Source: an uncultured Methanosarcinales archaeon | GTDB lineage: Archaea; Nanobdellota; Nanobdellia; Woesearchaeales; ARS49 | Assembly (NCBI GenBank): GCA_964637115.1 | Contig: CAZWVL010000001.1 | Span: forward strand, 32,001 to 96,000 | DNA: 64,000 nt | Direction: 5' to 3' | Shown: positions 46,940 through 57,600 of the stretch, piece after piece | How the letters are laid out: every line of letters begins with the position of its first letter | How positions within the stretch are numbered: the first letter of the stretch is position 1 | Program-made: the position numbers and the translations under genes | Notes under the pieces: model-generated | What the model was told of the DNA's origin: nothing | Databases searched by the model: none | Seen by the model: only the letters and a program-made list of their open reading frames with translations

Positions 46940-47202
46940 AACGCACTAAAATAGACATTATCTACGACATGCTTCGGGCAATCGAAGACAAAGGAGGAAA
47001 GATAATTCCCACCCATTTACTCTACAAGTCAAACCTTTCTCACCAGAGAATGAAACTGTATCTGGAAGAATTAAAACAGAAACAAATGATTGCGGAAACG
47101 CACGTTAAGGATAAACTGTTCTATGAAATAACAGATGAAGGAAGAAAGTTCCTGCAAAACTTCAAACAGATGAAGCAGTTCACGGAAGCGTTTGGACTGT
47201 AG
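46936..47202 (+). CDS. archaeal winged-HTH protein
   Basis: MKRTKIDIIYDML...THLLYKSNLSH...YLEELKQKQMI...YEITDEGRKFL. Confidence 0.85.
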   Translation: MKRTKIDIIYDMLRAIEDKGGKIIPTHLLYKSNLSHQRMKLYLEELKQKQMIAETHVKDKLFYEITDEGRKFLQNFKQMKQFTEAFGL

Positions 47203-47734
47203 GCTGAACTGGAGCGTATATTTGGCCGTTCCACAAATATCCTGTGGCTTTTTCTTTTACAACTTGAGGAAAGTCCAAAAACTCGTGGTAATGTGTAATG
47301 TTTTTGCTCAGTCCAGAAATGTAAGCAGTGCTCCTCGCCTGTTGCTTTTCAGTATTTCGGACTAACGCAACTGCAAGAAGCAGCGAATATCTATCTTCTT
47401 CAGATATCTCTTTTTTCCAAACGAGATCCATTGTCTTCCTGCGCAGAGCTTTATGATCCTTGCGACCGATACCTGTGGTGAAATCTGCAAAGGCGTTCTG
47501 AATTATATCTGTAATTCCTCCAGAATAAGGGTTTGGTGAGCCTAACCATTGATACATGTGCTGCGGAATGCGCCTGTTGGGAACACTCTCAATAACTTCG
47601 ACAAATGTTTCAAATCCGTTGTAATAAAGATTGGAGATTTTCTGGCCCGCAAAAGGAGCAAACAACGCAGACATGTCAAAGACAACTAATTCATGCGCTT
47701 TACAGATTCCTTCCAGCCCAAAATCACTCCCCAT
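47180..47734 (-). CDS. hypothetical protein, possibly degenerate PIN fold
   Basis: VVFDMSALF at N-terminus and SEEDRYSLLLAVAL resemble PIN elements; other acidic residues missing. Confidence 0.5.
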   Translation of the reverse strand: MGSDFGLEGICKAHELVVFDMSALFAPFAGQKISNLYYNGFETFVEVIESVPNRRIPQHMYQWLGSPNPYSGGITDIIQNAFADFTTGIGRKDHKALRRKTMDLVWKKEISEEDRYSLLLAVALVRNTEKQQARSTAYISGLSKNITHYHEFLDFPQVVKEKATGYLWNGQIYAPVQPTVQTLP

Positions 47735-47879
47735 CCCACATGAGAAAAAGCATGCCTTTAAAAATTTTAGCGACTTGCTTTAAAAAGAGAATGATTTATA
47801 AATATGGCCTGCATTATATACATAACTGATACGGGTGGTGCAGGTTTATCCGTGATTTCCATCCGTACCTAGGTATACA

Positions 47880-50800
47880 TTGGAGGTCGGTTTGACGAAA
47901 CTTAACGTTCCATATATACCAAAAAAAGGGGGGCTTGGGGTCCTTGCGCTCTTTGGAATTCTATTTATTACACTGATTTTTGCGTTTTACTTCCGGCCAG
48001 CAGACGAAATTGTTGCAAAACCTACAATTGCTGAACAAACAATAAATGAAGCAGTAACGCAGCTGGCGGACAATGAAGTTGTAATACCAGTGCCAAAAGT
48101 TACAGGCGTTGTTTCACTTGATGACCCGAGACCCAAAATTGATCCACAACTGGTCAAGGAATTAAAAGAACTCAAACGACAGAAAAAACACAAAAGAGTC
48201 ACGGTTCTAGTTGAATTAAAAGATGAACGAGCGCTTGAGGCAATCAGGCAAGCAGGCGGAATAGTACAACAAAATTTTGATATTGGAAATATTGCAGTTG
48301 TAGAAGTGCAATCTGACAATGTAGAAAAAATTTCAGAAGCAACAGGAGTTGAACAAGTAGCATCTGAAAAAGAATACGTTGCATTGTTAGCAGACAGAAT
48401 CCCTGCGTTTTCTATCGATACTGCGGCCTGGGAGAATAATATAACTGGCAAAGGAGTCAAGATTGCGATATTAGATACGGGAGTTGGGCCACACAACAAG
48501 ATTACAGTTGCTGAAGGTGCATCTTTTGTTGACGGAGAAGATACAACAGACCAAAACGGACACGGCACGCACGTGGCAGGCATTGCTTATGGTGTTGCGA
48601 AAGATTCAGCAATTTACAATGCAAAAGTCTTGAACAAAGCAGGAGCAGGAACAACATCGCAAATAATTGCCGGAATTAATTGGGCAGTTGAAAACAATGT
48701 CGACATAATTTCAATGAGTTTCGGAGGAATGTTCACGGAGCTTGACGGGCCACTAGCGTCGGCTGTTAAGGAAGCAATTAACAATGGAGTTATTTTTGTT
48801 GTAGCATCTGGAAACTGCAAAACAGGCTGCGGCGGATTCTACGGAGTAACAACACCAGGAAATGTAAAAGAAGTCATAACCATAGGAGCGGTTGATAACA
48901 ATAATGTTGTTGCGAGCTTTAGTTCAGGAGATACGTTTGGCGAGTACATCAAGCCGGATGTTACTGCTCCCGGAATTGACATTACTTCTACATGGCTGAA
49001 CAACGGCGAGAAAACATCAAGCGGAACGTCAATGAGCACGCCGTTTGTTGCAGGTGTAGCTGCTTTACTGCTGGAGAAAGAACCTGGATTAACGAACGAG
49101 CAGGTGAAGCAGAAGCTGGAAGCGACGGCAACGGATGTAGGGGAAACAGGTAAAGATGTGCTGTATGGACGCGGAATAATCAGCGTCGCCAGCATTCTGT
49201 CCTCAAATTACAGCACCCCAGAAACTCCTCCTCAGATGGATGATACTGATCTTCCACCAAGTGACCTATCCAAATACACTTTGCATGAAATAACAGGAGG
49301 CGCATCACCAGAATACATAACGACTGATTGCCCGGAAAGCCTCGCATACTCCACAGAATTGAATCTATCACGTGAAGAATTTTACATGGCATACGAGTAT
49401 TGCATACTTCAGATCGAGAACAAGGTTCCTGAGTTACCTACTCCAGATCACTATCAAAATATCACAGATACGAGTGAGTATATCAGACAAGCTCCAAGAA
49501 TATATTTTGAAAACTGGCAATCGTACATTCCCGCCGGAGATGTTAACGAAACGCTCATACAAGAGTTAAAGCTAAAAGTCCGAGATCTTCAATCCTTTGA
49601 TTTCAAAACACTGGCAAACCCAGAACCTCTGTTTGATACCCAAAACCACATAGAAGTGGATTATGATGATAATTATAACGTGTTCCTGGGGAGTAATGAT
49701 GATGGAGTAGTGTGGGGAGGTTCAACGCTTTCGGGTCGCTTGCAGGAAGGAAGCAGCAGTCCAACTAATGCTCAAGTAATTTGTTACGATTGGTGTTCTG
49801 AATTTGATTCAGCATGGGATCATTGTTTCTCCACGAGCTCGACGGGCGCAAGCAGATCCGCTGATTTTTCAGCCTGCAGAGCAAGAAACTCAATCATCAA
49901 TTCAGTTTGCTCTGCAAACAATTGCGCGATGGGTCAAGCAGAAGGAGAGCACTCAATAGGCACAGGAAGTTCCGGCTCTCGTGAAAAATGCACAGTACGC
50001 TCATTTTATGTTACTGGTTGTTCCTCCGCATACACCTTAAGTGGCACTTTCAGTGCCACACATTACACGATTTCACCACGACAATTCTGGTGTGCGAATA
50101 GCGACACGGCATATGATGATGTGGGAAGATTTGGGAACAATCTTGAATGGATACTAATGCACACAATCTCCTGTGGAACAGGAAATAAGTGTGACGCAAC
50201 CATAGATGCTGACAATTCAGACTTTGGAACATCGGGAACAAGCGTGCCTAGCTCTCTTTGCAGGATAGACAATGGGCAATCCGGCTGTTCTCAGAACAGC
50301 CAATGCCTTGCAGGATCGCATTGTACGAGTAGCCATTGTTGCCTGAACGGACAAGAATGGGACGGTACGGGGTGCAGCATTCCAGGTACATGCACAGCTG
50401 GATTCAACGGCAATAAGCGATGCAGCGGCAATACACCACAATGGCAATATCAAAATTCTGACTGCTCGACAACCTGGCAAAACCAAGCGGCTTGCTCAAC
50501 AGGAACAACCTGCCAAAATGGAGATTGCGTGTCCACATGTAACAGTAATGGTCTCTGTGAATCTGGAGAAACCAAGCCTGGGTGTCCAAGTGATTGTAAC
50601 AAATCCATAGGTGCTATTTGCACTGCAAACAACCAGTGCAGTACGAACTTCTGCGATGGCAACACAGGCACGTGTCAAGCACCAACTACCTGCACTGATG
50701 GAGATCAAGATGGTTACGGAAATCCAGGAAGCGCAACGTGCTCAGCTGGGTCCACCTTGCTAGATTGCGATGACATTGATCCATTCATAAATCCTGGTGC

Positions 50801-53800
50801 AATAGAGCAATGTAACGGAAAAGATGACAATTGTAACGGTCAAACAGATGAAGGAGGAGTATGCACGCCACAACCGACATGCAATGACCAAGACCAAGAC
50901 GGATACGGAAGCCCGGCAACAGGATGCCCACAAACACTCCCAGATTGCGATGATTCAAAGTCAAATATACATCCAAACGCTCCGGAAATATGCGATGGAT
51001 TTGACAATGACTGCGACGGATCAATTGATGAAGCAAATGTTTGTTGCGGAAACCAACAATGCGACACTGGACTTGGAGAAAATCTGCAAAGCTGTGCGCA
51101 GGACTGCTATTCAAGCTACCAAATTACAGGAATACAATCACCAAGCAGTGTGAATCAAGGACAAACTGTGCAAGTAACAGCCAGCATCAAAAATACGGGC
51201 ACCTGGCCAGGAACAACAAATGTGGAAGGAGGAATAATACCCGACGGCTGGTTGCCATTTAGCAGTTCAAAATGCTGCGGCAACAACAACTTTTTCGGCA
51301 CGCAACAAACAACAATACAGCCAGGGCAAACAAACAACATACAGTTTACGTTAACAGCTCCCGGTGTAACAACAAAAGACAGTTGCGGAGGACAATCGGC
51401 GTGGGATACAAGCCACGAAATAACAATTGGACTCTACGATAATTGCGGAAACACTTACCAGCTAAAATCAAATCAAGATATAAAGATACAAGATAAGCCT
51501 TGCTCAAAGCCAAGCGATTGTGCTCTGCCTGCTGAAAAATGCGTCATCCTAAGCACAACCGGAACTTGCCAGGCAAATACTTGCACGAACCTATGCACAA
51601 GCGGGCAATATGCGTGTAGCGGAGAAACCGTTAGGCACTGTGAAGACACAAACAGTGACGGATGCTACGAATGGAAAGACACGACCGTATGCGCACCTGG
51701 ACAAACATGCGTACCAGGGCAGAGCTCATGTACGGCCGTTCAGATATCGACGGAACCATTTATTGAAGAATCAGCAGGTGGACAAGTCTACAAGCAAATT
51801 GGCGACACTGTTATACTAAACCTGAAATTTTTCCAACAAGAGCAAATCTCATTATATTACGATTCAAACCAATTTGAACTGGACGCGACAACCTGCCAGC
51901 AGACATTTACGATAGACAAAGACACGGCCTGCAAGTTTAAAGTAAAAATAGGACTGCAAGGAGCAGAACTTGGAGTGCGAAAGCAAAATACGATCAAACC
52001 TGCAAAGGCTACAGTTGTTACAATAAACAATCATAATGGAATAATAATAACTAATAAGAAAAAGCTAAAGGAAAGATTTGCAGGGCAGGAAATAAGCGTT
52101 CAAAATCTTCTAAATGACGCATATAACTTTGCTGATGACAACAATCTAATCATCTATGACTTGCAGGAACTGCCAGTCATACATCCATGGGCAAACTTCC
52201 CAACATACCAGGAAACAATAGCAAACCCATTCATGGTGGACAACACTTTAGCTGTAGAAATAGGAAAATTCATACGCAAGAAATGCATTCCTCCACAATG
52301 CCAGAGCACGCTAATACTTGGCGACGATTATGTCGTTCCACACTATAGGCGTTATACACAATTCTTGAATTCATATTTCTTCTCTCCAGCTATTAATACA
52401 CAGCTGCTCTACTCAGAGATACCGTATGTGGAAAGAACCACAAAAGAATTCTCACAACTGGATGAAGTGCTAAGCGATGACAATATTGCAAAGCAAGTGG
52501 TTATCATTAAGCCTGATTCTCTGTCAACAGAAATGCGAACTGCTGTTAACCGGCTAAAGGCAACTCTGCAAGCAAACTTTAGCTCAAGCATAACAGAAAA
52601 AGATTCAAGCAATGTGACTTGCAATGATCCTCAGCTCTTCAACAATCTAAATGGCGTGACGATAATAATACTCGGAACAGAACAAAACAACAGAGCTTAC
52701 AACTGCATGCCATTCGTCGCAGGATTAGAGAATAGGGACTCCGCATTCCTGGAAGTCAACCCGTGGGACGGAGGCGAGTATTCCATTGTCATCAACACAG
52801 AAAATCCCAAAATTATTGAAACCTTCAGCGATGTACTTCGCACAGGAGTATACAAAAAGATAATTGGCAGGCACTGGTATTTCATAGAGATGGCAGTGAC
52901 AGCGGCAAGTTTTGTCGCCATGGCCTGCGGTCCAATCCCCTGTGATTACGTTGTGGACTCTATTGATGCGGGAATACAATGCGGTGTTAAAGAAGATGCC
53001 CTAATGTGCGGTGTCAGCACTGGAGTCGCAATCTTGCCAATTATACCAAGTGGGCCGGTAAAATTGGTAATAAAGGCATTTATCCACTATGTTGGACCTG
53101 CTGGAGAAGCGTTTATACTGAAATATGGGCCTGGAGCTGTTACGTTCTTTGCAGGTATTGGAGGAAAATTCGATGATTTCAAAGCGTATCTTAAGAAAGC
53201 AGTAGATTACTTTGATGTTGAATGGAATGTAATTATCAAAAATTTCAACACACCGGCAGATGAAGAAGCTCTTGCGTTTGGCATAAAGAACATTGAGGCA
53301 GAGGGCAAAACTTTACAAGCATTTGAATCTGCCTTAAGCAAGCAGCAAAAAGCTCGCATCCTTCACTCAATTGGAAAATACTCCTCAGAATTCTTTGCGC
53401 AAAAAGGTTGGAAACAATTTGACAAGCTTGATAAGAGACTGTATAGAGTTGATTTACATACGCCTGATTTCATCAAAAATGCAGGCGGATGGACAAGAAC
53501 GGGCGGAGATGATTACGTCGGTTATGTAAAACAATTGAAAAATGGAAGATTCGTAGCGACAAGCAGATACGTTTCTGGAGCATTCCATGGAGCGAAAAGC
53601 GCTGGAAGCGTTGCTGACGGAGGAACGGCTTACGTATACATAATAGATCCGCGCACGCGTAATTATATCGATGCCCTTGAAACCGTGCCAAATCCTGGAT
53701 CCAATATGTTTATCGAAAGTGAAGTAACTGCTGTCGACAACATAGACTGGAATGATGTTGTAGGAACAGCGGTCTGGAAAGATGGTGATGATCTTCCACG

Positions 53801-53870
53801 GTCTGTATCACCAAATCCATCTTACAAAGGTAGCATGAGCCTGAATAACCTTGGCTGGGAGGTTGACTAA
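47880..53870 (+). CDS. 1996-aa multidomain subtilase with C-terminal ADP-ribosyltransferase toxin domain
   Basis: N-terminal TM, I9-like prodomain, intact S8 triad (ILDTG, HGTHVAG, GTSMSTP), Cys-rich repeats, two DCDD..I.P.A.E.C.G.D..C.G repeats, LILGDDYVVP C25-like segment, pre-toxin-like hydrophobic hairpin, terminal LYRVD..PDFIKNAGG / FVATS / YVYII / ESEV. Confidence 0.88.
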   Translation: MEVGLTKLNVPYIPKKGGLGVLALFGILFITLIFAFYFRPADEIVAKPTIAEQTINEAVTQLADNEVVIPVPKVTGVVSLDDPRPKIDPQLVKELKELKRQKKHKRVTVLVELKDERALEAIRQAGGIVQQNFDIGNIAVVEVQSDNVEKISEATGVEQVASEKEYVALLADRIPAFSIDTAAWENNITGKGVKIAILDTGVGPHNKITVAEGASFVDGEDTTDQNGHGTHVAGIAYGVAKDSAIYNAKVLNKAGAGTTSQIIAGINWAVENNVDIISMSFGGMFTELDGPLASAVKEAINNGVIFVVASGNCKTGCGGFYGVTTPGNVKEVITIGAVDNNNVVASFSSGDTFGEYIKPDVTAPGIDITSTWLNNGEKTSSGTSMSTPFVAGVAALLLEKEPGLTNEQVKQKLEATATDVGETGKDVLYGRGIISVASILSSNYSTPETPPQMDDTDLPPSDLSKYTLHEITGGASPEYITTDCPESLAYSTELNLSREEFYMAYEYCILQIENKVPELPTPDHYQNITDTSEYIRQAPRIYFENWQSYIPAGDVNETLIQELKLKVRDLQSFDFKTLANPEPLFDTQNHIEVDYDDNYNVFLGSNDDGVVWGGSTLSGRLQEGSSSPTNAQVICYDWCSEFDSAWDHCFSTSSTGASRSADFSACRARNSIINSVCSANNCAMGQAEGEHSIGTGSSGSREKCTVRSFYVTGCSSAYTLSGTFSATHYTISPRQFWCANSDTAYDDVGRFGNNLEWILMHTISCGTGNKCDATIDADNSDFGTSGTSVPSSLCRIDNGQSGCSQNSQCLAGSHCTSSHCCLNGQEWDGTGCSIPGTCTAGFNGNKRCSGNTPQWQYQNSDCSTTWQNQAACSTGTTCQNGDCVSTCNSNGLCESGETKPGCPSDCNKSIGAICTANNQCSTNFCDGNTGTCQAPTTCTDGDQDGYGNPGSATCSAGSTLLDCDDIDPFINPGAIEQCNGKDDNCNGQTDEGGVCTPQPTCNDQDQDGYGSPATGCPQTLPDCDDSKSNIHPNAPEICDGFDNDCDGSIDEANVCCGNQQCDTGLGENLQSCAQDCYSSYQITGIQSPSSVNQGQTVQVTASIKNTGTWPGTTNVEGGIIPDGWLPFSSSKCCGNNNFFGTQQTTIQPGQTNNIQFTLTAPGVTTKDSCGGQSAWDTSHEITIGLYDNCGNTYQLKSNQDIKIQDKPCSKPSDCALPAEKCVILSTTGTCQANTCTNLCTSGQYACSGETVRHCEDTNSDGCYEWKDTTVCAPGQTCVPGQSSCTAVQISTEPFIEESAGGQVYKQIGDTVILNLKFFQQEQISLYYDSNQFELDATTCQQTFTIDKDTACKFKVKIGLQGAELGVRKQNTIKPAKATVVTINNHNGIIITNKKKLKERFAGQEISVQNLLNDAYNFADDNNLIIYDLQELPVIHPWANFPTYQETIANPFMVDNTLAVEIGKFIRKKCIPPQCQSTLILGDDYVVPHYRRYTQFLNSYFFSPAINTQLLYSEIPYVERTTKEFSQLDEVLSDDNIAKQVVIIKPDSLSTEMRTAVNRLKATLQANFSSSITEKDSSNVTCNDPQLFNNLNGVTIIILGTEQNNRAYNCMPFVAGLENRDSAFLEVNPWDGGEYSIVINTENPKIIETFSDVLRTGVYKKIIGRHWYFIEMAVTAASFVAMACGPIPCDYVVDSIDAGIQCGVKEDALMCGVSTGVAILPIIPSGPVKLVIKAFIHYVGPAGEAFILKYGPGAVTFFAGIGGKFDDFKAYLKKAVDYFDVEWNVIIKNFNTPADEEALAFGIKNIEAEGKTLQAFESALSKQQKARILHSIGKYSSEFFAQKGWKQFDKLDKRLYRVDLHTPDFIKNAGGWTRTGGDDYVGYVKQLKNGRFVATSRYVSGAFHGAKSAGSVADGGTAYVYIIDPRTRNYIDALETVPNPGSNMFIESEVTAVDNIDWNDVVGTAVWKDGDDLPRSVSPNPSYKGSMSLNNLGWEVD

Positions 53871-54661
53871 TGACTTACATCTCAATAACGAAGTGGACAA
53901 ATAAAGCGCTGGACTTCTTTAAAGAAATCGCTTCACGTGCAAACAAGCACTTCGGTACTCAGTTTGCTGTCCAGCGCGAAATAGAAATCCCTGATAGAGA
54001 CAGATATTCTGTTTTTGAGAAGAATAATTCAAATGTTTCAATTAATGTTGACGTGCTTCCTGCTTACCCGCCGAAGTTTCCTCTATCGTCGGTGAACGTC
54101 AGAATTTCTGTAACAGGAATGGATGAGCGATTCGCGCTTCAAACAATAACCGAATTTTGCAGGAAAATTGCAATTGATTACGGAGACTCCATCGTGTGGG
54201 TGGGAGCCGAAATAAGTATTGAGCCACCTACTTATTACACAATTAATTACACTCGCGACCTTAATGAAAGAGCTTTCTTTGACAGACTTCAAGTTTATCA
54301 TAAAGAACTCATCCATGGCGAGCCGTTTGTAATTTACGCCTACACGTTGCCTCACATCAAAGATGCGATTGAAGTCATCTGGGATAATGCTGAGTTAGAA
54401 GAACTTGGCGCACACAAAAAGATTTCTGTTGGATTCAAGCTGTTTGTAGTCCCCAAAAAACCAGAAATGGGCTGCATTGGATTGGTTGGAAAAGCACTGA
54501 ATCCACCCCATGGACTTATGATTAAAGCTGATACCTATGATGAATTGCAAGCGAAAATTCGCGAGAATCTTGAAAAGCGCGGACTGCGGCTTATTACAGA
54601 CCTCGTAGCGCTTATTGCGGCCAGCAAAAGCGTCAACGAATACGGTGTAGAATGGAAATGA
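53870..54661 (+). CDS. putative cognate immunity protein
   Basis: 263 aa, no signal peptide, TAATG-coupled directly behind the toxin tip; function inferred from position only. Confidence 0.55.
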   Translation: MTYISITKWTNKALDFFKEIASRANKHFGTQFAVQREIEIPDRDRYSVFEKNNSNVSINVDVLPAYPPKFPLSSVNVRISVTGMDERFALQTITEFCRKIAIDYGDSIVWVGAEISIEPPTYYTINYTRDLNERAFFDRLQVYHKELIHGEPFVIYAYTLPHIKDAIEVIWDNAELEELGAHKKISVGFKLFVVPKKPEMGCIGLVGKALNPPHGLMIKADTYDELQAKIRENLEKRGLRLITDLVALIAASKSVNEYGVEWK

Positions 54662-57600
54662 AGAATACGCTTTGGATACTTGCACTGATTTTAATAATTG
54701 CAATTCCAGTAGCTGCCATTCCCTCAGTCTACGAGTCAACATCTGTCTCGCGCATAGTGGGAGATACTCCGCTTGAAATGCAAAATCAGCTGAAGAGAGA
54801 CGACCTTGACCTTGAGTCAGCAGGACTGTTTGACGACTCACTCTCGCCCCTAATACAATCAAACATGTTCAACAGCTTCCCACAAGCATTCCAACAATCG
54901 CCAGATGATTCCTGGCTTCAAAACAGCGGAAAAACCCTGCTAGTCTATAATTCTCAATGGTATACAAACACTCATACGAGCAACAATTACATCACCACCG
55001 GCTCACTGCCAAAATTATCAAGCCCAGAATCACTCGTTATTGCCAATACGCACTATGCGGGAATCGCACTGCCTAAAATAGATGCTTTTGGAGATAGGCT
55101 TTCATCAAAAACAACACTAATAGCGCCTCTCTCACGCAGCAGCACTCGTTTCCTTGAATCTGTTATCTGCAACTTAGGCAGAAACGACGGACTGCCAATA
55201 GGAGAAACATTCAGACTAGCACGAAACAATTATCACTGGAACACTAAAGACGATCAAGATATAATCGGGCTTTCATTACTGTCATACGCTCTTTACGGAA
55301 ACCCGTTCGCAAAAGCAGAAGTTCCTGAATTTGACACATCTGCAAGAGACTATCACTGCGAGAACCGATTAGCAGATTATACTGTAAGTGCATTATCAAG
55401 CAGCCCGATAACCAGCACAACTGATGGATTCCAGCAAACGCACACATATACCATCCAGGACTATGATATCGAACAAACAGGCACATTTGAAATAATAAAT
55501 TCAGCAGACTTCGAACTCGGATACGAGCCAGGAGAATTAGTGCTGCCATACAAATCATTGATATTCCAATTCCCGCATAAAACAATTATCACAGGATACG
55601 ACATAGAGTTTTCCAATCCAGTCGATATTACTGCAAACATACCAGAATGGAATGGCGAAAATTACACCAATAGAATTTGCTCAGTTTCCTCTCAAAATGA
55701 AAGCGCGACAATAAACCAAGTCAACTCTCCAGACTCACAAATCGTAATCGCTAAATTAAACCCAATTGAAATCACAGATTGTGAACAAGGCTCGTTCACT
55801 CTCTACCGGACCGCGTCAATAACACTTAGTTATTATCCATACTCGCCGATCAGAATTACGAGCGTAGAAGCGCCACAAGAATCACTCCCATCAGAATTTA
55901 AAACAATAAAAGTCAACATTGAAAATACGCAGAACACGCCAACAACCGGCACACTTATACTGAAAAACGAGCAAGGAATAGTTAGCGTTAATACGATCAG
56001 CACAACACAATCACAACACAATCTGGAAATTTATACTCCTGCAGAAGAAGGAACATACACTTATACTGTGGAGTTCGTACAAAACGGCGACGTGAAGACC
56101 AGTACAACATTCACAACTGAAGTAAGCATATTGGACGCAAGCCTCGAAATTCCAGATGTCGTCCAGGATGAGGCAGACATAGACGTGCACATTACAAATA
56201 AGAAAACAACAAGCATGCAGAGCGACATAACAGCATATCTAAGCAAAGACGGACAGACAATCAGTCAACAAACGCAAAGCATTCAATTACAACCAGGAGA
56301 AAATACTGCAACATTTACCTTTACAGACTTACAAAAAGACGATCAACAGTACGATGTTCTCGTAGCTATACCTTATGAGAACAAGATAAAGACGCTAACC
56401 GGTAAAATTGTCACAAATCATGATCCATCAATTCTCAATACTAATGTAATCTACCAAGAAGGCGACACGGTCTTGATTACACCAAACGTGGCAGATGCAG
56501 ATGGAGACACAATAATCGCCAGTATAACTGACCAGCCATTTGAATTAGACGGTAGCCATACACTTGATTATGAAAGCAGCGGCGAATACACGTACACTGT
56601 AGAAGCAACAGACGGTACAACAACCGTGCAACAAACATTCGGCGTCCTTGTTCAAAACACTAACAGACCACCAGTCATCAGCACGCCTGAAAATGTCACA
56701 GGAAAAGAAGACCAACAAATCACCATACAAGCATCTGCAACAGATCCTGACAATGAAAACTCTGTTGATAATGATGATAACCAGCTCACAATAACTTACG
56801 ATTATCCATTTGATCAAAATGGAGCATATACGCCAACATATGAAGAATCAGGCGAAATATATGTCACGGTTACAGCAAGCGATGGAGAACTTTCTGATGC
56901 CGTGCTAGTCAAAGTTGTTATTGCCAACGTCAACAGGCCACCACAACTAGACGATCTAGCAAATATCACCATCAATGAAGGCGAATTTGTAGACTTATGG
57001 AAAGGAAGAGACCCAGATAATGAGAATAATGTGACAAACGACGATAACACTCTCTGGATGTACTTTGCAGGCGGACCAGATGGAGGGCCGATAAACCATT
57101 ACGGCAAGTGGCAGACTGATAATGAAGACAGCGGAGTGTATCCGATGACTGTGCAAGTGGAAGATGGAGAACTGAAAGCAGGCAAGCTGATTACGCTGAC
57201 TGTGCAGAACGTGAACAGGCCGCCAATAATAACAGCTCCAGATGTAGTGTATGCTTCAGGTTCTGTTGATTTATCACAATATATTACTGATCCTGATAAT
57301 ACAAACAGCGTGGCGAACGATGACAATACTCTGAGCGTTACTTATGGCTCTCCATTTGATGGAAATGGCAGATGGACGCCAGCACAGCCAGACAGCGCAG
57401 CACAAGTAACAATAACAGTTTCAGACGGAGAATTCAGCGTAACAAAGACGATAATGGTAATGGTAGATGTTGTAGGAGTACAGCCGGTACAAAGCCCGCC
57501 AGTTCCAACAGAAGAGCCAGAAGCGCCGGAACCAACTCAGACTCAAGAAAGTACAACCGATACAAGCGATCCAAGCCCGCCAATACAATCAACGCCGCCT

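Noticed and set aside
56730-57330. CRISPR-like periodic repeats (gatcctga.aat...gatgataa) and other repeats in the window
   Set aside because: They are in-frame protein repeats (DPDN..NDDN) with long irregular spacing; no cas genes or constant repeat-spacer array anywhere in the window.
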